The notes beneath the pieces were generated by a model. It was not told where the DNA came from. It saw only the letters and a program-made list of their open reading frames with translations, and searched no databases. Positions 23,830 to 36,788 of a DNA stretch of 64,000 nucleotides are shown here, one piece after another; positions within the stretch are counted from its first letter, which is position 1, and each line of letters starts with the position of its first letter. Location of the stretch: contig NC_134482.1 of NCBI RefSeq assembly GCF_964194025.1, forward strand, positions 38,874,001 to 38,938,000, given 5' to 3'. Both the position numbers and the translations under genes were made by a program. The stretch is from Convolutriloba macropyga. Lineage: Eukaryota.

Positions 23830-25544
23830 TGTCATTGTTTCGAAGAAACAGCAGGAAACTTAGAAGTCTTCTCTGATTAAGTTTAAAAAACGAAAGCAGA
23901 ATTTACATGACGAACTCAGATGTTCTGTCGACAAAAGTTGGCCACAAAACTATAAACTTGAATCTTATTCTAATTTTGTCATGAATCTATCATGATGTTA
24001 TTGACCAATTGATCAGGAGTCAGAAGTCAAACTTTTTGAGTTTTGGAAATAAGATTTCAACCTCCAACTGATAAACTTGATTTTACCAAGATCATGAATA
24101 ACTCACATGAAAAGTAGCGAAAATGTGAAAACAGGTCGTGGACTCGTAACTAAAATCTTTTCACTTGTCAATAATGTAAAATATTGTTAGCTAATCTAAA
24201 TTTTTTCTGTATTTTTTCGGATAGATAAATACGAGCTAATTTTTTTCTGGTTCATTTTCATTTCAAAAGTGAACTTATTGAATTTTTTGACAATGATGTC
24301 CAGACCACCAACAGATACAGAAATTTTGGATCTAGGGCTTGCAGAACCAACTACAGCGTGGATTATGAGTTTTGTTACGAAATGTTGACCAGAGAAGAAA
24401 GAGGACAGGATCAAAACCGATGGTTTTACAGTGGACCTACAGTTAACCAATCTCGTTTTTTTTTATGTGCGGGCAAGATGCAATTGTTAAAATTAGGAGC
24501 CTAATGAGCCCTGGGAATCTGACAGACACTCCGATTAAAGAAATCAAATTGGCGAAGCAAAATTATGATTTTCCTAAAGAGATAATAGTAGGGGCAGAAA
24601 AGGTTAGTTTCTGTTCATATTAGAAGGTGTAGGAAAATGAGACGTTGATTTGCTAGCACGTTTTAGAGAATAAATACGCTATTGTGACTGCGAAAGTTTC
24701 AACAAAATGGTCAACCATATTGCGGGGCGCTGAAGCTAAACTTAGACTAATATAGGGTTTTAAAGCAAAAGCAGTAATATGGATTGGTGGAATGATTGAG
24801 AGCTTGCAGTTCAGATGTCAAGAAACGGCCTTTGGAAAAGTTTCACCAGAAACTAAGCGCATTATAGTGCAAAAACAAATTGTATACAGCCTCAAAACGA
24901 CCACTCTAAAACCAAACTAAAACTTTATAGCTATTAAAACCAACAAAATGATAGCTAAGTGTTGAGTTATGCCACATTCTAGTAGACATTGCCAGTGCTA
25001 ATTAAAAAATGCACCAACTGTGCAAAGCAGGGACACTTTCATTTTTTTCGAAAAGCAAACAAAATTTGACTGCTATTAAAAGCAACAATAAAGGCATTAG
25101 GTTTTTAGGCAAGCCACATTCTAGTAGACATTGTCCAGTGCTAATTAAAAAATGCAATAACTGTTAAAAGGAGGGATACTTCTTAATAATGTGTGGAAGC
25201 AAAACCCAGCCATATTCAGGTAAGCATAAAAAGAAAAAAGCGGTTGCGAAGAAAGAAATCTATTCCTCTTTTCAAGCTTTTCTAATAGAAGCGGAGATGA
25301 GAAGATAATTTACTAGATAACAAATCTTTAACATGTCTGGGCCATGGGAATATATTACAAGAAGTTTCTGAAGATTAAAATACTGCAGGCAGACTTAGGT
25401 GCGGATAGCAAAGTGATTTCATTTACAATGTGGACTGTGCTTAGAAGACTCTTGTTATATGGTGAGATAGGACAACCCAAATTTTGTGATGCTTATCAAT
25501 TAACGCTTCTGTGATCACTTATTTGTGACGTCGATTGGAAAGGA

Positions 25545-25601
<57 letters not shown>

Positions 25602-28533
25602 TCACACTCATAAACAACTAGCACTTGTGCAGTCTGAGACAGAATTTGGATTGTTTAGAAGAGACCTTTTACCTAACCACAGTGTAAACAGGGTCACCAA
25701 ACGTTTGCCTGTTTTGAAGGGTTACAAAGCCCATGTGAAGCTGAAACCAGAATCAGAACCAATGTTCTACAAAGCCATAATAATACCTTTAAGACAAGGT
25801 TAGAGAGAAGCTGGAGAAGTTGGTGAAGAACAGAGAATCCTTGATCCGGTATAGCCAAGAAGAGTCACTAATTCATCTTCAGTGGTGTGGTAGAGAAGCG
25901 TGAGTGAACAGCTGAGACTTTGTGTGGATTTGAAAGTGCATATCAAAGGCAAAGTCATGGATGATTGTTATCCAAAATCAGACATGGATACGATCTTCCA
26001 CAATGTCCATGCGGCCTCATGGTTCGGCAAAATCAATCTCTCAAATGCCAACTATCAAATTGACGACGGCAAAAGACATAGGCACAATCAACAAACATTT
26101 GGGACTGTTCAATATGCGCCGACTACATCAGGGATCAAAAAATTTTTCAATCTTCCAGAGTTGCATCGAATCAACACTCAAAGGAATGAAAAATGTTGTG
26201 ATTTTTCATGACCATGTGTTGGTCTATTGAAATACCAGATTGGCAATGGAATGCTTCAAGAGAAAAAGTTACTTCGTGAGGAAAACATTACTATTACTGA
26301 GAAAAAAACTAACTCAAAAACAGTCGATAGCATTAATTTTTTTGGACACTTCATTTCAATAGAAGGAATAGCACCAGATACCAATCAGGTTTAAGAAATT
26401 TTTTTAAAAAAATAGTGTAGTAGCACTAACTAACAACAAACAACTCAACCCGTTTGTTGTGCTAGCAAATTTTTACGGAAGAATGATTCCTATTTTTGCA
26501 ACATCTATGCTGCCCTAAAATGACATGAGAAATAGTAATTTCTCATGGAACAAATACACCGAAAAGCTTTCAATGTCAAAGAAATGAATTATGTACTAAC
26601 ACATTTGTACAGCCATAAGTTTTGCCAAAAGATGCAACAGCTACTACTGACGCCTCTGAAAAGCCATTGGTGGGGTTCTTTCAAAAGAAGGACATGCAGT
26701 TACATTTGTATCAAAAAATTTGACGCTGGTGCAAAACTACTAAAAAATAAAACGAGAAGCACTGCCGATTGTCTTCACGGTCACAAGATTAAAGCAGTTC
26801 CTTCTTGGAAGACAATTTACCCCACAGACGGACCAAAAAACCACTCAACTATCTTTTTGCACCAGACGTTGAGATCCAGAAGACAGCATCAGCTAGAATC
26901 ACAACTTGGGAAATTGCACTATATGGGTTTCGACTTTGAGTTGACGTACACGCCAGGAGAGCAAATACCCTACGCAGATGCATTGAGAAAAATGGGTTTA
27001 GATGATGTCGAATCCGACAACAATCGAGTGTGCTTCGCAATCAATCTTATCGACCAAAACTACGACACTTGAATTTGGCAAAAATTGCATGAGTCGCATC
27101 CTGGGAAAAATGAAAACATGGCCTTAGTCAAAATAATAGCACGCTGGCCTGGCATAAACCAAGACGTTCAAACATTTTTTTAAGAAATTCCCTAATTGTC
27201 AAGTGAACGGGCTTAGCCTGGGAAAAACAGTCTCCGCGTGGCCAAAAGCCAAAGTTTAGCAAGAGCTTCAAATGGACTCGGGTTATGTTAAGGTCCAAAG
27301 CAATATCCATGTAATTGTTCATTTGGGTTCTGACTGGATGGTAGCTTTCCCCCGCGTGAAGTAGAACAACAAAAACAGTCAAAACATATCTTACTTAAAT
27401 TTTTGCAAGATTCCGAATACCCAGAATTTTAGTATCTCATAATGGCTCTAAAGTTCTAAGGGGCGATCTTTAAAAAAGAACAAATCATTGGGAATTAAGA
27501 AAATGGAGTCATCCGTCTATCTTCTAAGAGCTAATGGACAGTGAAGCGGGCACTTCAAGCGTGGAGTTCTAATCGTGCCTTTTTAAATGGAGCATTCCCG
27601 CATAAGGGCATTGATGACACATTGCAACACTTCAAAAGCAAAGGGCAAATTTCCAGTTGAACTTTTATTGGAACGCACAGTGAGACAACCAGCAGTTACC
27701 GAATTTGACTTCTGCTAAACCATTCTATTCAAAGCCAATGAAAAAAGAGGCAGAGAATTCCCGGTGCCTTCAACAATAGAGAGGGCTAGAACACCTCTTT
27801 CATACAACCGAAAAACTCAATTGGGACTATTCGAGTGAGCAAAAATCAAATTCCGAAACTAAACGAAGACAATGTGAAACCAGTGAGGAAGACCATAGCT
27901 CAATCAGAACCACAAGTTCTGAACACACATGTGAGACCTTCATATCAAGCCAAGCGTCTGCAGCCACATCAACTGCAGAGCAATCTCAATCCTAATCATC
28001 AGAGCTTTTACGAGCATCAATAGGAATTAGAAAACAACCCTACAGATTTGGAACGCCTCTACCCAAAAATCTGGCTTAAAAAAGAGGGAGGACGTGATGG
28101 TTTTGGAGAAATATCAAGAAACTTTATTGTTGTTTCGATAAATATTCGCCAGTAAACTAAATTTGAATACTATTCTAACTTTGTCTTGGCGCTATCATTG
28201 CCTTATTGGCCCATTAATCACGTGTCGGAAGTAAAAATTCTTTGAGCTATGGCAATTTGATTTCAAACTCCAACTGATGAACTCAATTTTACCAACATTA
28301 TGAAGGATTCTCATGAATATTACCGACAATAGAACATAGGGTCCGTGACTCGGAACTGAAATCTTTTCGCATGGTAATCATGTAAAATATTTTTTGCTAA
28401 TTTAAATATCCTCTGTTTATTTTTGTATAGATAATTACTATAAATAAGAGCTAATTTTTGTATATTTTCAAATCCCAGTTTAATTTAAATTTGAACGTAT
28501 TGAACTGTTGAACCGTGTTATCGACCACGACAC
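23830..28533 (+). mobile_element. Decayed full-length Ty3/Gypsy LTR retrotransposon inside SDR-B intron 1
   Basis: Diverged LTR pair ~23830-24312 and 28095-28533, with a PPT (AAAAAGAGGGAGGACG) before the 3' LTR TG. Gag remnants include CPVLIKKCTNCAKQGHF zinc-knuckle repeats. RT remnants: LRLCVDL...YP...FGKINLSNANYQI and GLF..RL..G..IFQ, with YxDD decayed to FHDH. RNase H remnants TTDAS and FDFELTYTPG..IPYADAL; integrase remnants LHESHPG and WPGINQDV. Many stops and frameshifts. Confidence 0.88.
25547..25598. repeat. (CA)n microsatellite (duplicated at ~30983-31042)
   Basis: Direct read. Confidence 0.95.
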
Positions 28534-29884
28534 ATGAAGTCGAAAAAAGACTTTATACTCGAGTGTCATCATCTGGAGAAAGCAACTCAATGTTGGTGTC
28601 AAGAAAACACTGTTTCACTTTTTCTTCAGTCAAATGGTGCATCAAAAATTAGCAAGCTCATTTACCTTTTCTGTAAAGTCATCCAACTTAAATGGACTCC
28701 AATTTAATCATTTTCATGGTTAAATTGTTGCTCCTTTCACTCATTCTGTTTTTTTCCATTTAGTCAGCAAAGCTTATTACAATTAAAGAATTTGAATTGT
28801 TTTGTCGCGCTGTGTTTTTTTAAGTTCTGTGTACACATTTTCATGATTTTTGAAGTCAAATTGGAGTAGTAATTTTGGTCACGCCGAAACACGAAATGGA
28901 GCAAAAAGGCGAGTGGTTTTGCGGCGTGAAATTGTTTGCTCTAATTTTAAAATAGAGTGACAAAACGGTGTTTGAACAACAATTCGCTTTGTCGCTAGTG
29001 GTTTTTTTGTTCACATGCGGCTATTTCACTTTGATTTTTACTGTTTTTTTAAATTTTTTTTTGATTGGATATTTTTTCTAATTGGTTTTCCCACTCCATT
29101 CATAGTTCATTCGAGACCTAGTTTTTGTTCGAACTTAATTTTGTTTTCGCGCTAGCGGTTTTTTGTTCCCATACGGCATATTGACCTTATTTTTTGGTTT
29201 TGTTTTCTTTTTTATCTGTTTTGATTAGAAATGGTTTTTCCAATTCACTCATAGTCCGTTCTAAGTTTAGTTGTTTGTTTATTCTGTTAAAATTCTTTGA
29301 ATTGTACTTCGGCACTTGTCCTGCTATGATTTTATGTTTCTGCTGAAATTTTGGATAGCCAAGATAGACCAGTACTAAATTTTTCCATTCAATATCTTGA
29401 ACCCAAAGCTCATGCTCAAAAAGTTAAATTTATTTTTTTAGTTAAGTATTAATTTCTGGAAAAGTAATTGTTTAATTTCTGACATGTTGTTCATCTCCTT
29501 TCACATTTAATTTTTCAATTGAATATGTGATTATATCTTGTATTTGTGATGTATTTGGCCTGTTTTTAAAACAAAAACCAAAAGTTTCATGGTATACCTT
29601 TAGCCAGTTTTTGGGTACGTTTTTGGAAAAATTATAAGAGTTTGGGATAATGGGGACACTTGACAAAATTTGGTATATCATAGCAAGATCATGTTACCCG
29701 CACCTAACGCTTAGCTAATATCTGTACTGATTCAGAACAATTTCAGAGAAATTTTGATTTTCAGTACAGATTCAGAACAATATCAGAATAGTTTCTGCAT
29801 CGATTCTGAAACCTTTCTGGTTCAGAGCAAAATTCAGAATCAGTGTTCTCTGCATTTCCTTTGAATCAGTGTTCTCTGCATTTC

Positions 29885-30155
29885 CTTGTGTTAGAACACA
29901 TACAATTAAATTTCTTAAAATCAGACATGAATGCGTCCGTTTCATCAACCCGCATATTTTTGACTTCATAACCTTCTGCAATTAAAAAAGTGTAACTTCC
30001 AAATATTTTGCTTTTATCTGATTGGTTCAAAATGTACAAGGGAAAAATTAGTCAACATTGACGTTCTGTTGAATCTTTCAAAACATACATTGCTCGAGCA
30101 GCCACCTGATTTAACGTTATTAGCATCTTTACCATACAAAATTACAATAGCTTTT
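29885..30155 (-). repeat. Inverted copy of ~22975-23246 at the duplication junction
   Basis: CTTGTGTTAGAACACA...CAAAATTACAATAG is the reverse complement of CTATTGTAATTTTG...TGTGTTCTAACACAAG. Confidence 0.9.
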
Positions 30156-30174
30156 TTATAATGCAAGAAGAAGT

Positions 30175-31006
30175 TGTACACAGCCTAAAAACGACCACTC
30201 GAAAACCAAACTAAAACTTTATAGCTATTAAAACCAACAATATGATAGCTAGGTGTTGAGTTATGCCATATTCTAGAGGACCGTGTCCAGCGCTAAGTAA
30301 AAAAGGCAACAACTGTGCAAAGGAGGGACAATTTCATTTTCTTCAAAAACCAAACAAAATTTGACTGCTATTAAAAGCAACAATAAAAGCATTAGGTTTC
30401 AGGCATGCCACATTCTAGTAGACATTGTCCAGTGCTAATTAAAAAAATGCACCAACTGTGCAAAGCAGGGACACTTTCATTTTTTCGAAAACCAAACAAA
30501 ATTTGATTGCTATTAAAAGCAACAATAAAGGCATTAGGTTTTTAGGCAAGCCATATTCTAGTAGACATTGTCCAGTGCTAATTAAAAAATGCACTAACTG
30601 TTAAAAGGAGGGATACTTTTTAATAATGCTTGAAGCAAATCCCAGCCATATTCAGGTAAACATAAAAAGAAAAAAGCTGTTGCGAAGAAAGAAAACCATT
30701 CCTCTTTTCAAGCTTTTCTAATAGGAGCGAAGATGAGAAGATAATTTACTAGATAACAAATCTTTAACATGTCTTGGCCATTGGAATATTTTACGAGAAA
30801 TTTATGAAGATTAAAATAATGCAGGCGGACTCAGGTGCAGATAGCAAAGTGATTTCATTTACAATGTGGACTGTGCTTAGAAGACTCTTGTTATAAGTTA
30901 ATATAGGACAACCCAAATTTTATGATGCTTATCAATTAAAGCTTCTGTGATCACTTACTTGTGACGTCGAGTGGAAAGGAAGCACACCCACACACACACA
31001 CACACA

Positions 31007-31045
<39 letters not shown>

Positions 31046-33977
31046 TCACACTCATAAACAACTAGTACTAGTGCAGTCTGAGACAGAATTTGGATTGTTT
31101 AGAAGAGACCTTTTACCTAACCACAGTGTAAACAGGGTCACCAAACGTTTGCCTGTTTTGAAGGGTTACAAAGCCCATGTGAAGCTGAAACCAGAATCAG
31201 AACCAATGTTCTACAAAGCCATAATAATACCTTTAAGACAAGGTTAGAGAGAAGCTGGAGAAGTTGGTGAAGAACAGAGAATCCTTGATCCGGTATAGCC
31301 AAGAAGAGTCACTAATTCATCTTCAGTGGTGTGGTAGAGAAGCGTGAGTGAACAGCTGAGACTTTGTGTGGATTTGAAAGTGCATATCAAAGGCAAAGTC
31401 ATGGATGATTGTTATCCAAAATCAGACATGGATACGATCTTCCACAATGTCCATGCGGCCTCATGGTTCGGCAAAATCAATCTCTCAAATGCCAACTATC
31501 AAATTGACGACGGCAAAAGACATAGGCACAATCAACAAACATTTGAGACTGTTCAATATGCGCCGACTACCTCAGGGATCAAAAAATTTTTCGATCTTCC
31601 AGAGTTGCATCGAATCAACACTCACAGGAATGAAAAATGTTGTGATTTTTCATGACCATGTGTTGGTCTATTGAAATACCAGATTGGCAAGTGAATGCTT
31701 CAAGAGAAAAAGTAACTTCGTGAGGAAAACATTACTATTACTGAGAAAAAAACTAACTCAAAAACAGTCGATATCATTAATTTTTTTGGACACTTCATTT
31801 CAATAGAAGGAATAGCACCAGATACCAATCAGGTTTTAGAAATTTTTTTAAAAAAATAGTGTAGTAGCACTAACTAACATTAAACAACTCAACCCGTTTG
31901 TTGTGCTAGCAAATTTTTACAGAAGAATGATTCCTATTTTGGCAACATCTATGCTGCCCTAAAATGACATGGGAATTAGTAATTTTTCATGGAACAAATA
32001 CACCGAAAAGCTTTTAATGTCAAAGAAATGAATTATGTACTACCACATTTGTACAGCTATACATTTTGCCAAAAGATGCAACAGTTACTACTGACGCCTC
32101 TGAAAAGCCATTGGTGGGGTTCTTTCAAAAGAAGGACATGCAGTTACATTTGTATCGAAAAATTTGACGCTGGTGCAAAACTACTAAAAAAATAAAACGG
32201 GAAGCACTGCCGATTGTCTTCGCGGTCACAAGATTCAAGCAGTTCCTTCTTGGAAGACAATTTACCCTACAGAAGGACCACAAAACCACTCAACTATCTT
32301 TTTGCACCAGACGTTGAGATCCAGAAGACAGCATCAGCTAGAATCACAACTTGGGCAATTGCAGTATATGGGTTTCGACTTTGAGTTGACGTACACGCCA
32401 GGAGAGCAAATACCCTGCGCAGATGCATTGAGAAGAATGGGTTTTGTTGATGGCGAATCTGACAACAATCGAGTGTGCTTCGCAATCAATCTTATCGACC
32501 AAAACTACGACACTTGAATTTGGCAAAAATTGCATGAGTCGCATCCTGGGAAAAATGAAAACATGGCCTTAGTCAAAATAATAGCACGCTGGCCTGGCAT
32601 AAACCAAGACGTTCAAACATTTTTTTAAGAAATTCCCTAATTGTCAAGTGAACGGGCTTAGCCTGGGAAAAACAGTCTCCGCGTGGCCAAAAGCCAAAGT
32701 TTAGCAAGAGCTTCAAATGGACTCGGGTTATGTTAAGGTCCAAAGCAATATCCATGTAATTGTTCATTTGGGTTCTGACTGGATGGTAGCTTTCCCCCGC
32801 GTGAAGTAGAACAACAAAAACAGTCAAAACATATCTTACTTAAATTTTTGCAAGATTCCGAATACCCAGAATTTTAGTATCTCATAATGGCTCTAAAGTT
32901 CTAAGGGGCGATCTTTAAAAAAGAACAAATCATTGGGAATTAAGAAAATGGAGTCATCCGTCTATCTTCTAAGAGCTAATGGACAGTGAAGCGGGCACTT
33001 CAAGCGTGGAGTTCTAATCGTGCCTTTTTAAATGGATCATTCCCGCAAAAGGGCACTGATGACACATTGCAACACTTCAAATGCCGAGGGCAAAATTCCA
33101 GTTGAACTTTTATTGGAACGCACAGTGAGACTACCAGCAGTTACCGAATTTGACTTCTGCTAACCCATTCTATTCAAGGCCAATGAAAAGACGCAGAGAA
33201 TTCCCGGTGCCTTCAACAATAGAGAGGGCTTGAAAACCTCTTTCATACAACCCAAAAACTCAACTCGGACTATTCGAGTGAGCAAAAATCAAATTCCGAA
33301 ACTAAACGAAGACAATGTGAAACCAGTGATGAAGACCATAGCTCAATCAGAACCACAAGTTCTGAACACACATGTGAGACCTTCATATCAAGCCAAGCTT
33401 CTGCAGTCACATCAACTGCAAAGCAATCTCAATCCTAATCATCAGAGCTTTTACGAGCATCAATAGGAATTAGAAAACAACCCTACAGATTTGGAACGCC
33501 TCTAACCAAAAAGCTGGCTTAAAAAAGAGGGAGGACGTGATGGTTTTGAAGAAATATCAAGAAACTTTATTGTTGTTTCGATAAATATTCGCCAGTAAAC
33601 TAAACTTGAAAACTATTCTAACTTTGTCTTGGCGCTATCATTGTCTTATTGGCCCATTAATCACGGGTCGGAAGTAAAAATTCTTTGAGCTATGGCAATT
33701 TGATTTCAAACTCCAACTGATGAACTCAATTTTACCAACATTATGAAGGATTCTCATGAATATTACCGACAATAGAACATAGGGTCCGTGACTCGGAACT
33801 GAAATCTTTTTGCATGGTAATCATGTAAAATATTTTTTGCTAATTTAAATATCCTCTGTTTATTTTTGTATAGATAATTACTATAAATAAGAGCTAATTT
33901 TTGTATATTTTCAAATCCCAGTTTAATTTAAATTTGAACGTATTGAACTGTTGAACCGTGTTATCGACCACGACACA
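30175..33977 (+). mobile_element. Second, 5'-truncated copy of the decayed Gypsy element (gag 3' end, pol, PPT, 3' LTR ~33538-33977), produced by the segmental duplication
   Basis: Shares disabling lesions (e.g. FHDH, the same RT frameshift) with copy 1 and extends into the same 3' flank. Confidence 0.88.
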
Positions 33978-35159
33978 TGAACTCGAAAAAGGACTTTATA
34001 CTCGAGTGTCATCATCTGGAGAAGGCAACTCAATGTTGGTGTCAAGAAAACACTGTTTCACTTTTTCTTCAGTCAAATGGTGCATCAAAAATCAGCAAGC
34101 TCATTTACCTTTTCGGTAAAGTCATCCAACTTAAATGGACTCCAATTTAATCATTTTCATGGTTAAATTGTTGCTCCTGTCATTCATTCTGTTTTTTTTC
34201 CATTTAGTCAGCAAAGCTTATTACAATTAAAGAATTTGAATTGTATTGGGGCGCTGTCTTTTTTTATGTTCTGTGTACACATTTTCATGATTTTTAAAGT
34301 CAAATTGGAGTAGTAATTTTGGTCACGCCGAAACACGAAATGGAGCAAAAAGGCGTGTGGTTTTGCGGCGTGAAATTCTTTGCTCTAATTTTAAAATAGA
34401 GTGACAAAACGGTGTTTGAACAAAAATTCGCTTTCTTGCTAGTGGTTTTTTGTTCACATGCGGCTATTTCACTTTGATTTTTACTGTTTTTTCAATTTTT
34501 TTGATTGGATTTTTTTCTAAATGGTTTTCCCACTCCATTCATAGTTCATTCGAGACCTAGTTTTTGTTCGAACTAAATTTTGTTTTCGCGCTAGCCGTTT
34601 TTTTGTTCCCATACGGCATATTGACCTTAATTTTTGGTTTTGTTTTCTTTTATATCTGATTTGTTTAGAAATGGTTTTTCCAATTCACTCATAGTCCGTT
34701 TTAGGTTTAGTTGTTTGTTCATTCTGTTAAAATTCTTTGAATTGTACGTTGGGACTTGTCCTGCTATGATTTTATATTTCTGCTGAAATTTTGGATAGCC
34801 AAGATAGACCAGTACTAAATTTTTCCATTCAATATCTTGAACCCAAAGCTCATGCTTAAAAAGTTAAATTTATTTTTTTAGTGAAGTATTAGTTTCTGGA
34901 AAAGTAATTGTTTAATTTCTGACATGTTGTTCATCTCCTTTCACATTTAATTTTTCAATTGAATATGTGATTATATCTTGTATTTGTGATGTATTTGGCC
35001 TGTTTTTAAAACAAAAACCAAAAGTTTCATGGTATACCTTTAGCCAGTTTTTGGGTACGTTTTTGGAAAAATTATAAGAGTTTGTGATAATGGGGACACT
35101 TGACAAAATTTGGTATATCATAGCAAGATCATGTTACCCGCACCTAACGCTTAGCTAAT

Positions 35160-36085
35160 ATCTGTACTGATTCAGAACGTTTTCAGAGAAATTTTGATTT
35201 TCAGTACTGATTCAGAACAATATCAGAATATTTTCTGCATCGATTCTGAAACCTTTCTGGATCAGAGCAAAATTCAGAATCAGTGTTCTCTGCATTTCCT
35301 TTGAATTAGAGGAAATTTCAGAATTCGTTTCTGACTTGCCTCTGAATCAGAATGAAAATCAGAATTTTTTCTCAACCCTGCAGAGAAACACAATCAAAAA
35401 TTTCATCATTTTTTAAGCGTTTTAATTAGTTTTTGGAACAAAATGCCAACAACTTTAGCCGAAAAAAGAAATAACATCTTTCCTGATGTATTCTGGTATT
35501 GTGATGCAAATTGATATCGACTCTTCGTACAGTTCCTGATTCTTTGACTATTTTTGGTTTTATACCAACTGTAGGGGCTATGTGAACTGTGAATATGCAA
35601 AAGATGTAGCCACCATACGTTTATTTGAGAATAATTGTCTTCATAAAGAGGTTGTCACTGCCGGTCCCTAGCCCGGAATGAAAAGGGAGGAGGGTTTAAA
35701 CCACACAGAGCTTATCGAAAAATCTCAAAAAGTCAGTTTTGACTTGGCTTGAGAAAGTTTCCGACAACCCATTATATAAATCTCTTCATTTTCTACAGGT
35801 ATTATTTGAAATTATATAATTAAGGACCTGAGAGCGAAAACAAGGGTAAAACATAGCTTGGCTCACGAACATAGTTATGAATTTACCCTATATCAGAGAA
35901 AAATCGGAGTCTGATTCAGAGCCTGATTCAGAGTCTGAATCAGAGTCTAAATCAGATAAAATTCTGATTCTGATTCAGACCCCTGATTCAGAGTCTGATT
36001 CAGACAAATTCAGGGCAAAATGTGACCTGAATCAGACTCTGAATCAGTACTGATAACGTTCTGAATTTCGTTCTAATTCAGTACT
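35160..36085. mobile_element. Foldback/MITE-like element with TCTGATTCAGA/TCTGAATCAGA repeats in both arms and unrelated central DNA
   Basis: Left GTACTGATTCAGAACGTT versus right TCTGAATCAGTAC and AACGTTCTGAAT. Confidence 0.55.
35659..35694 (+). ncRNA. Twister-ribozyme-like fragment (3' half: P4/L4 and GGAGGG)
   Basis: TGCCGGTCCCTAGCCCGGAATGAAAAGGGAGGAGGG closely matches the twister segment UGCCGGUCCCAAGCCCGGAUAAAAGUGGAGGG; the cleavage-site strand was not found. Confidence 0.5.
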
Positions 36086-36592
36086 CAATTTTCCTTGGAG
36101 TCAAATTTATCCAATAGGGAAATTCACTTGTTCTGATAAGCAGCTGAAATTCTTGTGAAGGTTGCGGAAACAGATGAAAATATCTGACAATGTTCTACAA
36201 ATACTGAACTCAAATTGCCCTATTGAGGAACTTTTTGAGATCAAATTAGTCAATTCAATGCTGACCCTAGTAACGATGGAATTGAATATTTGTAAGAAAG
36301 CATCTTGCAAGATTATGAACTTGCAAGAAAGAAGCTTGCAAGATTATGAATTCACTTGGAAACGAAAATGAAACGAGAACCGAAAGACAAAAATTCTTAC
36401 AGTTTGAGATACCTCTACAAGGAGTTATGGGCATGTCTTTTTTCATGAAATCTGTTTGTTGACGTCATAGTAAACAAAATAAAACGATGATATATTTAGC
36501 AATAGTAGTTCGCCAGAGAACCAACAACCAAACAAATTTTGTTCTGAACTGCATCAGATAAGAGCTCGGCTATTAAGAAAATGAAAACTAAC

Positions 36593-36788
36593 CTTGCACC
36601 AATAAAACTTCAGCATCTTTGTTCACTGCTAGACAATCTTGCTTTGTCTTTTCCAAAGCTTCTGCATTACGACCACTGAGAGACAGTTTTGTGATTCCCT
36701 TTTCCACAAATTTCACAGCCGTGTCCTGTCCTATCCCAGAACTAGCTCCAGTTATAATCACCACTTTCTCATCAGAGAACAGTTTCAT
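36593..36788 (-). CDS. SDR paralog B, exon 1
   Basis: MKLFSDEKVVIITGASSGIG...LLVQ G|GTTAGT; 196 nt; phase 1 matches exon 2 at 21820 across a 14.8 kb intron. Confidence 0.88.

Larger units (their letters stand above)
24880..35306. repeat. Near-tandem segmental duplication: ~24880-29867 and ~30175-35306 (offset ~5.44 kb)
   Basis: Near-identical ORF pairs 25900/31344, 27128/32573 and 29472/34912; shared (CA)n tracts. Confidence 0.95.
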
